Shown piece by piece: positions 1-11,064 of a stretch of 64,000 bases of DNA; the first letter of the stretch is position 1, and the number at the start of each line of letters is the position of its first letter. The position numbers were made by a program, and so were the translations under genes. The notes beneath the pieces were generated by a model, which saw only the letters and a program-made list of their open reading frames with translations, had not been told where the DNA came from and ran no database searches. The stretch comes from Pseudomonadota bacterium (GTDB taxonomy: Bacteria; Pseudomonadota; Alphaproteobacteria; Puniceispirillales; Marisalimonadaceae), in the NCBI GenBank assembly GCA_028382005.1, contig JAOESH010000001.1, forward strand, positions 36,798 through 100,797, written 5' to 3'.

Positions 1-38
1 AAAAATCAAAAAAAAATAATTATAGACTTTACTAAAGC

Positions 39-85
39 ATACTAAATCATGTAGTTTATATATTCATTATTACTACATCTTGTGT
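39..85. promoter_or_regulatory. Tandem NrdR boxes upstream of nrdJ
   Basis: ataCtAaATcatGtag (39-54) and ttaCtAcATcTtGtgt (70-85) match the consensus acaCwAtATaTwGtgt, start 31 bp apart as typical NrdR pairs do, and precede a ribonucleotide reductase gene. Confidence 0.75.
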
Positions 86-225
86 TTATCCACAACTAAG
101 TATTTATTGAAAGTCATTTTAGAATAGCAGTTTAACAAAATAAAATTAAGGAAAAACAACACGTTATTTTTAGAAAATTGTAAAGACCACAACCTAATTT
201 TTAAATTCTCAACAATTTATCCACA
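86..225 (+). promoter_or_regulatory. DnaA boxes in nrdJ upstream region
   Basis: Perfect TTATCCACA at 86-94 and 217-225; degenerate TTCTCAACA at 206-214. Confidence 0.65.
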
Positions 226-303
226 GGTTTCATTAAAGTTCTAGCACTTGGATCTAATTTAGTAACCATCATTGTTTTTTATTGTATTTAAAAGAGGAAA
301 AAT

Positions 304-3300
304 ATGAAGTTTAACAGACAATTTACCCAAAAAAACAATGATGCATATTCAGGTTTAGAATTTAAAACTACAACAAGTGAAATTAAGAATCCTGACGGAA
401 CTGTTGTTTTTAGTGCTCCAAATATAGAAGTTCCAGCTAACTATTCTCAAGTTGCAGCTGATATAATTGCACAAAAATATTTTCGTAAAGCTGGCATTCC
501 TACTTATGTTAAGAAGGTTCAAGAAAATAATGTTCCTTCTTGGTTGTGGCGTTCCGAACCAGATACAGATAAATTAAATGATATTGCTGAAGATAAAAGG
601 TTTAAAGGTGAAGAATCAGCTAAACAAGTTTTTGATAGATTAGCTGGTACATGGACATATTGGGGGTGGAAAGGTAATTATTTCACAAAAGAAGAAGATG
701 CAAAAATTTATTTTGATGAAATGAGATTTATGTTGGCTGCTCAAATGTGTGCTCCAAACTCACCTCAATGGTTTAACACTGGTTTACATTGGGCATATGG
801 AATTGACGGTCCAAGTCAAGGGCACTACTACGTAGACTTTCAAACAAAAAAATTAGTTAAATCCAAATCTTCTTATGAACACCCACAACCCCACGCGTGT
901 TTTATCCAATCAGTAAAAGATGACCTTGTAAATGAAGGTGGCATCATGGACTTATGGGTAAGAGAGGCAAGATTATTTAAGTATGGTTCAGGTACAGGAA
1001 CAAATTTTTCTAAATTAAGAGGTAGTACTGAAGGCCTGTCTGGAGGAGGAAGATCTTCAGGAATGATGAGTTTTTTGAGAATTGGAGATAGAGCTGCTGG
1101 TGCAATTAAATCTGGCGGTACTACAAGAAGAGCTGCAAAAATGGTTACTGTAGATGTTGATCATCCAGACATTGAAGAGTATATCAACTGGAAAGTGGTT
1201 GAGGAACAAAAAGTTGCTGCGCTCGTTGCAGGCTCAAAACTGACTGCGAAAAATTTAAAATCTGTAATGGATGCATGTAATCTCTCAAACTATAACGACG
1301 AAGAAAGAATAAACCCTAAGATTAATGTTGAACTTAAAAAAGCTATATTGAACTGTCGTGCTGTAATGATTCCTGAAAACTATATTCAAAGAGTTATACA
1401 ATTTGCAAATCAAGGCTTCAAGGATATTGATTTTCAAACATATGATACGGACTGGGATAGTGAAGCTTACTTAACAGTTTCAGGGCAAAACTCAAACAAC
1501 TCTGTTAGAGTTAGCAATGAATTTTTAGAGAAAGTTTCTCAAAAATCTAAATGGGACCTTATTAGACGAACTGACGGTGGAGTTCATAAAACAATTGAGG
1601 CCGCTGATCTGTGGTCTAAAATATCTGAAGCAGCATGGGCTTGCGCTGATCCAGGCCTTCAATATGATACAACTATTAATGAGTGGCACACTTGTCCTGA
1701 AGCTGGAAGAATAAACGCATCAAATCCATGTTCAGAATATATGTTTATTGACGATACTGCATGTAATTTAGCTTCTATAAATCTACTACAGTTTAAAAAA
1801 GATGACTCCTCTTTTGACATTGAAGCCTATGAATACACAACTAGATTGTGGACTCTAACATTAGAAATATCTGTAATGATGGCTCAATTTCCATCTAAAG
1901 AAATCGCCCAAAAATCATATGAATATAGAACTCTTGGATTAGGATATGCAAATATAGGCGGATTATTGATGTCCTGGGGAATTCCATATGATAGTGATGA
2001 AGGTAGAGCTATTTGTGCAGCTCTTACATCAATCATGACAGGCATATCATATTCAACTTCTGCTGAGATGGCTGGTGAGCTAGGTGCATTCCCTAAATAC
2101 AAAGAAAATGCGAAAAGTATGTTAAAAGTAATACGCAATCATAAGCGTGCTTCAGAAGGTAAAACAAGAGATTATGAAGACTTGTCTATTAATCCAGTTC
2201 CTTTAATGGCACAATATTGCCCCGATCAAAAATTGATTATTGCAGCAAAAGAAGCTTGGTCTAAAGCATTATCTCTTGGTGAAAAACATGGATATAGAAA
2301 TGCTCAAGCTACAGTGATTGCTCCTACTGGTACAATTGGACTGGTTATGGATTGTGACACTACTGGTATTGAACCAGATTTTGCTATGGTCAAATTTAAA
2401 AAATTAGCAGGAGGAGGATATTTTAAAATAATAAATCGTGTTGTTCCTGAAGCTCTTTCCCATCTAGGATATGAAGCAGAACAAATCGACGATATGCAAA
2501 GATATGCACTAGGTACAGGTAGCTTAAAAGATTGCCAATCTATTAGTCACAATGCATTAATTTCAAAAGGTTTCACTGAAAAAGAAATTAAGTTAATTGA
2601 AAACTCTTTAGCTTCAGCATTTGATATCAAATTTGTGTTTAATCAATTCACTCTTGGGGCAGAATTTTGTAAAGAGAAATTAGGCATGTCTCCAGAACAT
2701 ATGAATGATTTTACTTTTAATATGTTAGAATTTCTAGGATTCACCTCAGAAGAGATAGATGTTGCTAACATTCATGTTTGTGGTGCTATGACATTGGAAG
2801 GTGCTCCACACTTAAATAAAGATCATTTAGCTGTATTTGATTGTGCAAACGTTTGTGGAAGAATAGGTAAAAGATTTTTATCAGTTGATAGCCATATAAA
2901 AATGATGGCAGCTGCGCAGTCTTTTGTATCTGGCGCTATTTCAAAAACAATTAATATGCCCAATGACGCAACAATAGATGATTGTAGTGATGCATACATG
3001 CTATCTTGGCAACTTGGTATTAAGGCTAATGCATTATATAGAGATGGTTCAAAATTAAGTCAGCCTTTGAGTTCAGCTTTACTTGACGAAGACGATCTTG
3101 ATCAAAATAATGATAACATAACCAACGAGCAGGATATTACTAAAAGAACCAGTCAGGTAGTTGAAAAAATTGTTGAACGATTTATTCAAGTTGAAAGAGA
3201 TAAACTCCCTCACAGAAGAAAAGGGTATACCCAGAAAGCAACTGTTGGAGGACATAAAGTTTACTTAAGAACTGGCGAGTATGAAAGTGGTAAATTAGGT

Positions 3301-3912
3301 GAAATTTTTGTTGATATGCATAAAGAAGGAGCAGCATTTAGATCATTGATGAATAACTTTGCAATTGCTGTATCCATTGGATTACAGTACGGCGTTCCAT
3401 TAGAGGAATATGTTGAAGCCTTCACATTTACACGTTTTGAACCTCAAGGTATGGTTACAGGTAATGATACAATAAAAATGTCTACGTCTATTCTTGATTA
3501 TATTTTCAGAGAACTTGCTATATCCTATCTTGACAGAAATGATTTAGGTCATGTTGGACCTGAAGACCTTGAATCAAGCACAACAGGTTCTGGTGATAAT
3601 AAAAATCTTATTTCTGAAAAAGTTGCAAGTAGAGGTTTTGTTAGAAGAGAGTTGAAGGTAGTCTCAGGAGGAACTAATAACGTAACAATGATGCCAAAAA
3701 CAACCTCACTAAAAGAGGAAACTTTAAGTGTGACTAGGCAAGAGGATACTATTGTTATTAACAATCAACCACCTAATTTAGCTCAAGAAATTGAAGCTAA
3801 AATAAAAGGTTATGAGGGTGAAGCTTGTGGTGAATGTGGTAACTTTACTCTAGTTAGAAATGGAACATGTATGAAATGTAATACCTGTGGCGCAACTTCA
3901 GGCTGTTCATAA
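304..3912 (+). CDS. nrdJ: Class II adenosylcobalamin-dependent ribonucleotide reductase
   Basis: [21 protein letters not shown] (thiyl-radical Cys), IAPTGTIG, C-terminal CxxC..CxxC..GCS; RBS GAGG. Confidence 0.95.
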   Translation: MKFNRQFTQKNNDAYSGLEFKTTTSEIKNPDGTVVFSAPNIEVPANYSQVAADIIAQKYFRKAGIPTYVKKVQENNVPSWLWRSEPDTDKLNDIAEDKRFKGEESAKQVFDRLAGTWTYWGWKGNYFTKEEDAKIYFDEMRFMLAAQMCAPNSPQWFNTGLHWAYGIDGPSQGHYYVDFQTKKLVKSKSSYEHPQPHACFIQSVKDDLVNEGGIMDLWVREARLFKYGSGTGTNFSKLRGSTEGLSGGGRSSGMMSFLRIGDRAAGAIKSGGTTRRAAKMVTVDVDHPDIEEYINWKVVEEQKVAALVAGSKLTAKNLKSVMDACNLSNYNDEERINPKINVELKKAILNCRAVMIPENYIQRVIQFANQGFKDIDFQTYDTDWDSEAYLTVSGQNSNNSVRVSNEFLEKVSQKSKWDLIRRTDGGVHKTIEAADLWSKISEAAWACADPGLQYDTTINEWHTCPEAGRINASNPCSEYMFIDDTACNLASINLLQFKKDDSSFDIEAYEYTTRLWTLTLEISVMMAQFPSKEIAQKSYEYRTLGLGYANIGGLLMSWGIPYDSDEGRAICAALTSIMTGISYSTSAEMAGELGAFPKYKENAKSMLKVIRNHKRASEGKTRDYEDLSINPVPLMAQYCPDQKLIIAAKEAWSKALSLGEKHGYRNAQATVIAPTGTIGLVMDCDTTGIEPDFAMVKFKKLAGGGYFKIINRVVPEALSHLGYEAEQIDDMQRYALGTGSLKDCQSISHNALISKGFTEKEIKLIENSLASAFDIKFVFNQFTLGAEFCKEKLGMSPEHMNDFTFNMLEFLGFTSEEIDVANIHVCGAMTLEGAPHLNKDHLAVFDCANVCGRIGKRFLSVDSHIKMMAAAQSFVSGAISKTINMPNDATIDDCSDAYMLSWQLGIKANALYRDGSKLSQPLSSALLDEDDLDQNNDNITNEQDITKRTSQVVEKIVERFIQVERDKLPHRRKGYTQKATVGGHKVYLRTGEYESGKLGEIFVDMHKEGAAFRSLMNNFAIAVSIGLQYGVPLEEYVEAFTFTRFEPQGMVTGNDTIKMSTSILDYIFRELAISYLDRNDLGHVGPEDLESSTTGSGDNKNLISEKVASRGFVRRELKVVSGGTNNVTMMPKTTSLKEETLSVTRQEDTIVINNQPPNLAQEIEAKIKGYEGEACGECGNFTLVRNGTCMKCNTCGATSGCS

Positions 3913-3924
3913 AAAGGAAATTAA

Positions 3925-4395
3925 ATGGCAAATATTATTGAACAAAGACTAAAAGAATTAAACATTCAACTTGATGAAGCAAGCGTTCCTGCAGGAAGTT
4001 ATGTGCCTTATGTTGTTACTAATAATTTAGTATTCATCTCAGGGCAATTACCTTTTATAAATGGGGAATTGACAATAAAGGGTAGAGTAGGTGAAAATGT
4101 TACTATTGATGACGCCATTAAAATGTCTGAAGCATGTGCAAAAGCACTACTTAGCCAACTGAAAGCCGCCTGTAATGGCAATCTTGATAAGGTTAAAAAA
4201 GTAGTTAAGTTAGGTGGATTTGTTGCTTCGTCTTCAGATTTTACTGATCAGCCTAAAGTAATAAACGGGGCATCAGATCTAATTGTTAATATCTTTGGAG
4301 ACAAAGGAAAACACGCTAGATTTGCAGTAGGCGTTGCTGCTCTTCCATTAAATGTTCCTGTCGAAATTGATGGTGTTTTTGAGATTGAAGAATAA
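3925..4395 (+). CDS. RidA/YjgF family protein
   Basis: FISGQLP, PKVINGAS, HARFAVGVAALP..VPVEID motifs. Confidence 0.9.
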   Translation: MANIIEQRLKELNIQLDEASVPAGSYVPYVVTNNLVFISGQLPFINGELTIKGRVGENVTIDDAIKMSEACAKALLSQLKAACNGNLDKVKKVVKLGGFVASSSDFTDQPKVINGASDLIVNIFGDKGKHARFAVGVAALPLNVPVEIDGVFEIEE

Positions 4396-4418
4396 AATTT
4401 ACACATAAAAATTCAAAC

Positions 4419-5558
4419 ATGAAAATTGAATTAGCACCAAGTTTAAACAATATTAATAGAAATCAATGGAACGGATTAAATACATGTAATCATCCATTTA
4501 CATCATATGATTTTTTAAATGCTTTAGAAATTTCACATTCTGTATCGTCAAAAACAGGCTGGACTCCAAAACATATTCTAGTCAAAACTGATGACAACAC
4601 TATTATTGGTGCATCGCCTAATTATTTAAAAATGCACTCTTATGGTGAATATATATTTGATCATAGTTGGGCAAATGCATTTGAAAATGCAGGTGGACAA
4701 TATTACCCAAAATTATTGTCTGCCATACCATTTACACCCGCAACTGGTCCAAGAATTTTATTAAATCCTAAAAACAAAGATAATGAAGAAATATTAAAAT
4801 TAATAATTGATACATATGAACAACTTGTCAAAAACAATAATTTGAGTTCAGCCCATATTAATTTTATTACAAAACAATTAAGTAATAAATTAAACGAAAG
4901 AAATTGGATTAAAAGAGAAGGTCTTCAGTTTCACTGGCACAACAAAGAATATAAATCATTTGATGATTTCTTAGATAAATTGAAAAGTACAAAAAGAAAA
5001 GCTATTAAAAAAGAAAGAAAAAAAATAAATGAGTACGGTCTAACAATTGAACGTATCACAGGTGATGATTTAAATTCTGAGATTTGGGATGCTTTTTATG
5101 AATTTTATCTAAGTACCATTGATAAAAAATGGGGAGGTGCTTATTTGACAAAAGAATTTTTTTACTTAATCAACCAGAATATGAAAAATAATATATTATT
5201 AGTCATTGCTAAGAAAAGTAATGAAATTATTGCAGGAGCATTGAATTTTATTGGTCAAAACACGTTATATGGTAGAAATTGGGGGACAAAATTAGAAATC
5301 CCTTTCTTGCATTTTGAACTTTGTTACTATCAGGCTATTGAGTATGCGATAGAAAATAAAATCAAAATAGTTGAAGCAGGAGCCCAAGGTCATCATAAAA
5401 TACAAAGAGGTTATGTTGCAACTCCTACATATAGTAGTCACTACATTCAAAATAGCTCGTTTGATAAGGCTATTAGAAGTTTTGTAAAAATGGAAGCAGA
5501 AGAAATTAACAAACAAATAGAAATTATTAATCAACAAGGATCGCCATATTCAAATTAA
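4419..5558 (+). CDS. GNAT/FemAB-like N-acyltransferase (DUF482 family)
   Basis: KMHSYGEYIFDHSWA, YYPKL..AIPFTPATGPR, LHFELCYYQAIEYAI, EAGAQG.HK..RG. Confidence 0.88.
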   Translation: MKIELAPSLNNINRNQWNGLNTCNHPFTSYDFLNALEISHSVSSKTGWTPKHILVKTDDNTIIGASPNYLKMHSYGEYIFDHSWANAFENAGGQYYPKLLSAIPFTPATGPRILLNPKNKDNEEILKLIIDTYEQLVKNNNLSSAHINFITKQLSNKLNERNWIKREGLQFHWHNKEYKSFDDFLDKLKSTKRKAIKKERKKINEYGLTIERITGDDLNSEIWDAFYEFYLSTIDKKWGGAYLTKEFFYLINQNMKNNILLVIAKKSNEIIAGALNFIGQNTLYGRNWGTKLEIPFLHFELCYYQAIEYAIENKIKIVEAGAQGHHKIQRGYVATPTYSSHYIQNSSFDKAIRSFVKMEAEEINKQIEIINQQGSPYSN

Positions 5559-5562
5559 TAAA

Positions 5563-7881
5563 TTAAGTTAATTCAGGTGCTCCTTTATTTTTATTATTTG
5601 AAACAGACCCTTTTTTATTTTTATTATTTGATCCTTCAGTTTTAAGAACTAATTTATTTTTTAATAGATCTACATTGACAACCCCTCCATCAACCAACCT
5701 ACCAAACAATAGCTCTTCAGCTAAAGGTTTTTTGATATGTTCTTGAATAACTCTTCCCAATGGTCTAGCTCCAAATGTCTTATCATAACCTTCTGAAGCC
5801 AACCAATCTCTTGCTTTATTACTCAAAACAACAGATACGCCTTTTTCAGATAATTGAGCCTCTAGCTGCATAATGAATTTATCAACTACCATTCTAACAA
5901 CTTCTAAAGGTAGGTATCCGAATGGTATAATAGCGTCTAATCTGTTTCTAAATTCTGGTGCAAACAATTTATCAATAGCTTCGGTGTCAGCACCTTCACG
6001 GTTTTCTTGTTTGAAACCAATTGCAGCTTTTGAAAGTTCTTGGGCCCCTGCATTTGTTGTCATAATTAATATTGTATTTCTAAAATCTATGGACTTACCA
6101 TTATTGTCCGTTAACTTGCCATGATCCATGACTTGTAAAAGTAAGTTAAACAGATCAGGATGAGCTTTTTCAATTTCATCTAATAAAAGTACCGAATGAG
6201 GGTTTTGATCCACTGCGTCAGTTAAAAGTCCACCTTGATCGAAGCCTACGTATCCTGGAGGAGCACCAATCAGTCTTGAAACAGTGTGCCTTTCCATATA
6301 CTCAGACATATCAAATCTTATGAGTTTAACTCCTGTTGCTTCGGCTAACTGCCTTGCAACTTCAGTTTTTCCAACTCCTGTTGGACCTGAAAACAAGTAT
6401 GAACCTACAGGTTTTTCGACTTCTCTTAAACCTGCCCTTGATAGTTTAATACTTGAGACTAACTCAGTAACCGCCTTATCTTGGCCATAGACCATTCTTT
6501 TTAAATCATCTTCCAACTTTGAAAGAGCTTTTCTATCATCTGTAGAAACATTTCTAGGAGGAATTCTGGCAATTAATGCAACTGTTTCTTCAATCTCACT
6601 TTTCCCTATTATTTTTTTCCTTTTAGATTTAGTTTTTAACATTTGGGCAGCTGCAGTTTCGTCTATTACATCGATAGCTTTATCAGGTAATTTTCTGTCA
6701 TTAATATATCTTGCTGACAATTCAACTGCTGTTTTAATAGCTATATTAGTAAATTTTAATTTATGATGCTCTTCGTATCTTGATTTTAGTCCCATTAAAA
6801 TTTTAATTGTATCTTCAACATTTGGTTCTGCAACGTCAATTTTTTGAAATCTTCTAACTAAAGCTCTGTCTTTATCGAAATAACCTCTGTACTCTTTATA
6901 AGTTGTTGAGCCTATACATTTCAAACCACCATTTTGAAGAGCTGGTTTGAGTAAATTTGACGCATCCATTGCACCTCCACTTGTAGCTCCAGCACCAATT
7001 ATAGTATGTATTTCATCAATAAATAAAATTGCATTTTCATTTGCTTCAACTTCTTTCATAACGGCTTTAAGTCGTTCTTCAAAGTCACCTCGATACCTTG
7101 TACCAGCAAGTAAACTTCCCATATCCAATGAATATATTTCAGAATTTAATAAAACCTCTGGTACATTTCCTTTGACTACCCTGTCAGCTAAGCCTTCCGC
7201 AATAGCCGTTTTTCCAACGCCAGGATCTCCTACCAACAAGGGATTATTTTTTGTTCTTCTACACAAAACTTGAATAGTTCTATCTAATTCAGCTTGTCTA
7301 CCTATCAATGGGTCTATTTTACCTTCCGCTGCTTTTTCATTTAGATTAACGGCATACTTTTTTAATGCCTTTTCAGATTTATTGTTTTCTGAGCTTTCAG
7401 TTTCAGTTTCACTTCCAGAAGGAGAATTTGATTTTGAATAATTAGGATCTTTAGCTAAGCCATGACTCATAAAACTTACTGCATCAAGACGTTTCATATC
7501 TTGCTTTTGTAGTAAGTAAACAGCATAGCAGTCTCTTTCAGAAAACATTGCAACTAAAATATTAGCTCCAGTTGCTTCACTTCTTCCTGAAGATTGAGTA
7601 TGAATGACAGCGCGCTGTACAACTCTTTGAAACCCAGCTGTAGGTTGAGTGTCTACATCAGTATCTGTCGTGACAATTGCTTTTAATTCTTCTTTCAAGT
7701 ATTTATTTAAATCTTCTTCTAAGATTTTTATATTTACTGAACACGCTTTCAAAACTTCAACTGCATCTTGATCTTCTAACAAGGCACGCAATAAATGTTC
7801 TAACGTTGCAAATTCATGCTTTAGTGAAGATGCATTTGTCATTGCAAGCCTTAATGTTTCTTCTAAAGATTTTGATAACAT
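5563..7881 (-). CDS. clpA: ATP-dependent Clp protease ATP-binding subunit ClpA
   Basis: Two AAA+ modules (GDPGVGKT, GPTGVGKT), IGF ClpP-binding loop, no ClpB middle domain, directly downstream of clpS. Confidence 0.96.
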   Translation of the reverse strand: MLSKSLEETLRLAMTNASSLKHEFATLEHLLRALLEDQDAVEVLKACSVNIKILEEDLNKYLKEELKAIVTTDTDVDTQPTAGFQRVVQRAVIHTQSSGRSEATGANILVAMFSERDCYAVYLLQKQDMKRLDAVSFMSHGLAKDPNYSKSNSPSGSETETESSENNKSEKALKKYAVNLNEKAAEGKIDPLIGRQAELDRTIQVLCRRTKNNPLLVGDPGVGKTAIAEGLADRVVKGNVPEVLLNSEIYSLDMGSLLAGTRYRGDFEERLKAVMKEVEANENAILFIDEIHTIIGAGATSGGAMDASNLLKPALQNGGLKCIGSTTYKEYRGYFDKDRALVRRFQKIDVAEPNVEDTIKILMGLKSRYEEHHKLKFTNIAIKTAVELSARYINDRKLPDKAIDVIDETAAAQMLKTKSKRKKIIGKSEIEETVALIARIPPRNVSTDDRKALSKLEDDLKRMVYGQDKAVTELVSSIKLSRAGLREVEKPVGSYLFSGPTGVGKTEVARQLAEATGVKLIRFDMSEYMERHTVSRLIGAPPGYVGFDQGGLLTDAVDQNPHSVLLLDEIEKAHPDLFNLLLQVMDHGKLTDNNGKSIDFRNTILIMTTNAGAQELSKAAIGFKQENREGADTEAIDKLFAPEFRNRLDAIIPFGYLPLEVVRMVVDKFIMQLEAQLSEKGVSVVLSNKARDWLASEGYDKTFGARPLGRVIQEHIKKPLAEELLFGRLVDGGVVNVDLLKNKLVLKTEGSNNKNKKGSVSNNKNKGAPELT

Positions 7882-7883
7882 TT

Positions 7884-8213
7884 TTATTCCTTCTCTAATT
7901 GAACTTGTAAAGGATGTTCATACTTACGGGCGTAATTCATCACTTGCATAGCTTTTGTTTCTGCTAAATCGTATGCATATACACCACATATCCCAACACC
8001 TCTCTGGTGAACATGAAGCATAATTTGTGTAGCCTCTTCTCTGTTTTTTTGAAAAAACTTTTCTAAGACCTCAATAACAAATTCCATGGGAGTGTAATCA
8101 TCATTCATCATTAATACTCTATAAAGAGCTGGTATTTTTGTTTGAGGATCCGTTGCTAGTTTAATATTTCCATCAACATTATCGTTATCATTTTCATCGT
8201 TGTTTTTACTCAT
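7884..8213 (-). CDS. clpS: N-degron adaptor ClpS
   Basis: [34 protein letters not shown]; start moved to ATG at 8213 (109 aa) instead of the track's 8339. Confidence 0.93.
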   Translation of the reverse strand: MSKNNDENDNDNVDGNIKLATDPQTKIPALYRVLMMNDDYTPMEFVIEVLEKFFQKNREEATQIMLHVHQRGVGICGVYAYDLAETKAMQVMNYARKYEHPLQVQLEKE

Positions 8214-8522
8214 TATAAACGACGATCTTATTTTCATAAAATTAATTAACTTTAAATTTAGTTTATTATCAACCATCGATTTCTTAACGCTCTTTTTAAA
8301 ATTTATCTTATATTGATAATATAAGAACGACATAAGCATTCAACAAGTTTAAGTTAATATTTTTTTAAAAATTAATTATTAAAAGCTATAACATTACTTT
8401 ATACTAAATGTAGTAACTTGTTCACAAAATAATCCAGATAATGTATTTTTTTATGTACTTTCAGTTACAAACGCTTATTTTTATGTTAATCGATCATTTT
8501 AATTTATTTTTGGATATAAGAC

Positions 8523-9728
8523 GTGTTTAGAAACTATATTAAATTAATTTCTTTCTTATCTGCCTTTTTGATAATCTTTATTTCATCAGCACATGCCAAA
8601 TATGCTTCTTTTATAATTAACGAAAATACTAAACGAATATATCATAACGCAAACGCTGACACACGAAATTATCCTGCTTCTTTAACAAAAATTATGACAT
8701 TATATTTGGTATTTGATGCATTAAAGTCAAAAAAAATATTAATGAATACTAGATTTAAAGTTTCTAAACGTGCGACCAGACAACCTCCCTCTAAATTAAA
8801 CCTTTCTGCTGGATCTAAAATCACTGTAAGAAATGCTATACTTGCCTTAGTTACTAAATCGGCAAATGACGTAGCAACAGTTATTGCAGAAAATTTAGGA
8901 AAATCAGAAAGAAACTTTGCTAGATTAATGACAAAAAAAGCTAAAAAATTAGGCATGACACGTACTACATTCAGAAACGCTTCTGGATTACCTAATCGAG
9001 GCCAATTATCTACTGCAAGGGATATGGCAACTTTAGGAATAGCAATTAGAAAAAACCATCCTAACTTTTTTAAATTATTTAAAACTAAATCTTTTGTTTA
9101 TAAAGGTATTAAATATAGCAATCATAATAACTTATTAGGTAGTTATCATGGCACTGACGGTATTAAGACAGGTTATACTAATGCTTCGGGCTTCAATCTT
9201 GTGGCTTCCGTAGAACGAAATGGACAAAGAATTATTGGTGTTGTTTTTGGTGGGAAGAAAGCACGGTCACGAGACAAGCATATGATTAAATTACTGAATA
9301 AGCACTTTAAAACCAGTCCATCTAAACCGCTTGTTAGAATTGCAAAACCCTCAGAACTACCAAAAAAACGTCCTGAAATTCTGATAATAGAAAAGAATAT
9401 TAAGAATTTTAAGATACCACCTAAAGTAATTAATCGCATAACTCTGAATAATGTAGATGATGACTGGTTTATACAAATTGGTGCCTTTAAAAACAGGTTA
9501 AATGCTCATAAAGCAGCTCGTAATGCTCGGAATATAGTTCCAGAACAACTGGGTAATCTACCTGCTTCTTTAAGTAAAATAACTAAATCTAGTACTAATA
9601 ATAATCTACAATATTTATGGCGTGTAAGGTTCGTTGAGTTAGCAGAAAATCAAGCTCGTTCCGTTTGTGCTGAGCTTTGGACCTCTGGTCTGAGTTGTAT
9701 TCCACTTCCTTCAAATAATAACTCTTAA
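8523..9728 (+). CDS. D-alanyl-D-alanine carboxypeptidase (S11) with C-terminal SPOR domain
   Basis: Signal peptide, SxxK (ASLTK), SxN (SAN), KTG; WFIQIGAF SPOR motif. Confidence 0.9.
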   Translation: MFRNYIKLISFLSAFLIIFISSAHAKYASFIINENTKRIYHNANADTRNYPASLTKIMTLYLVFDALKSKKILMNTRFKVSKRATRQPPSKLNLSAGSKITVRNAILALVTKSANDVATVIAENLGKSERNFARLMTKKAKKLGMTRTTFRNASGLPNRGQLSTARDMATLGIAIRKNHPNFFKLFKTKSFVYKGIKYSNHNNLLGSYHGTDGIKTGYTNASGFNLVASVERNGQRIIGVVFGGKKARSRDKHMIKLLNKHFKTSPSKPLVRIAKPSELPKKRPEILIIEKNIKNFKIPPKVINRITLNNVDDDWFIQIGAFKNRLNAHKAARNARNIVPEQLGNLPASLSKITKSSTNNNLQYLWRVRFVELAENQARSVCAELWTSGLSCIPLPSNNNS

Positions 9729-9740
9729 TATTAACTTATT

Positions 9741-11063
9741 TTAAGATACTTTTAAAATATCATCCCAGTTTGTAGTATAAAATGGAGATTTATAAGAAGA
9801 TCGCATTTGCCATTTTCCTGTTTCTAATTGTATATTTTTTGAATTTTTTATCATTCCTTGAGAACCATGAAATATTGTCATTTTTCCCATTTTTGTATTT
9901 ATTTCGTCTATTAGTTTCATACGGTCACGATATTTACTCATATATATTTGTTGATTTTTCTTATGTGTAAATAAATTACCTTGGATGATATAATTATTAT
10001 CTAAATGACTTTTACTTTTTTGTCTTAGTCCAAGTAATGTTATTCCAATTTTTTTATAATTATATTTTGAACGATAAAGACTTTCTAACAACTTGAAAGA
10101 TTTCTCAATTATAATTGTCGTACTATCAGTTAATTCATCAAAATTTATTATTGCACTATTACTATATTGTAAATCTTGTTCTCTAAAACGGTTAGTCTTA
10201 ATAAAAATATAAATTCCTCCACATATACTATCTTGATAACGAAGTTTCTCTGCTGCTCTTGCTGCATGATTTGCCAACGCTTTTTTAAGACTTTCTTTAT
10301 CATTGATCATATTACCAAAAGATCTAGATACTGTGATAGATTTTTTATTAACTACCTCTTCCAGAGTAAGACAGGATTCTCCTCTTAACTCATAAACAAT
10401 GCGTTCACCAACAACTGACACTAATGTTCTTATCTGACGAGGATTTGCTTGTTGTAATTGCATTGGATTATTTATTCCTATAGATCTTAACCTATCACCC
10501 CATCCTTTTGAAACTCCCCAAATATCCTCTAAGTTCATGCCGTTTAATATATGTGTTAATTGATTAGAAATAGTTAATATATAAACGCCGTTAGATGATT
10601 TTTTTTTTGCTATTTTATTTGCCAGCTTTGCTAATGTTTTAGTAGGACCTATTCCAATGGAAACAGGTATGCCTGTCCATTGATAAATATATTCTCTAAT
10701 TTTAAACATTTCATCTTGTAAGCTTTGAACATTAAATTTTTTCAAGCTTAAGAATGCTTCATCAATAGAATATACTTCTATGTTAGGAACAAAATAATTT
10801 AGTGCGCTCATTACCCTAGAAGACATGTCTCCATATAAAGTATAATTTGAGGAATAAGTAAAAATTTTATTTTTTTTTATAAGAGTTTTATATAAATGTA
10901 ATGGGGCACCCATAGGTATTCCTAAGGCTTTTGCTTCGTTAGACCTAGCAATAATACACCCATCATTATTCGACAAGACTATAACGGGTTTACCTTTCAA
11001 TAATGGGTTAAATACCCTTTCACAAGAAACATAAAAATTATTACAATCAACTAAACCATACAT
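9741..11063 (-). CDS. umuC: Y-family DNA polymerase V subunit UmuC
   Basis: LVDCNNFYVSCER, SNNDGC, YSIDEAF, C-terminal W.MR...SP.YTT.W.D (DUF4113). Confidence 0.92.
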   Translation of the reverse strand: MYGLVDCNNFYVSCERVFNPLLKGKPVIVLSNNDGCIIARSNEAKALGIPMGAPLHLYKTLIKKNKIFTYSSNYTLYGDMSSRVMSALNYFVPNIEVYSIDEAFLSLKKFNVQSLQDEMFKIREYIYQWTGIPVSIGIGPTKTLAKLANKIAKKKSSNGVYILTISNQLTHILNGMNLEDIWGVSKGWGDRLRSIGINNPMQLQQANPRQIRTLVSVVGERIVYELRGESCLTLEEVVNKKSITVSRSFGNMINDKESLKKALANHAARAAEKLRYQDSICGGIYIFIKTNRFREQDLQYSNSAIINFDELTDSTTIIIEKSFKLLESLYRSKYNYKKIGITLLGLRQKSKSHLDNNYIIQGNLFTHKKNQQIYMSKYRDRMKLIDEINTKMGKMTIFHGSQGMIKNSKNIQLETGKWQMRSSYKSPFYTTNWDDILKVS

Positions 11064-11064
11064 G

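Noticed and set aside
1-303. Replication origin
   Set aside because: Only two perfect DnaA boxes, no usual oriC-flanking genes visible, and the NrdR/nrdJ context explains the region; cannot be fully excluded at the window edge
304-3912. Intein or intron in nrdJ
   Set aside because: Continuous ORF of normal length for alphaproteobacterial NrdJ, with no intein splice-junction or homing endonuclease motifs seen
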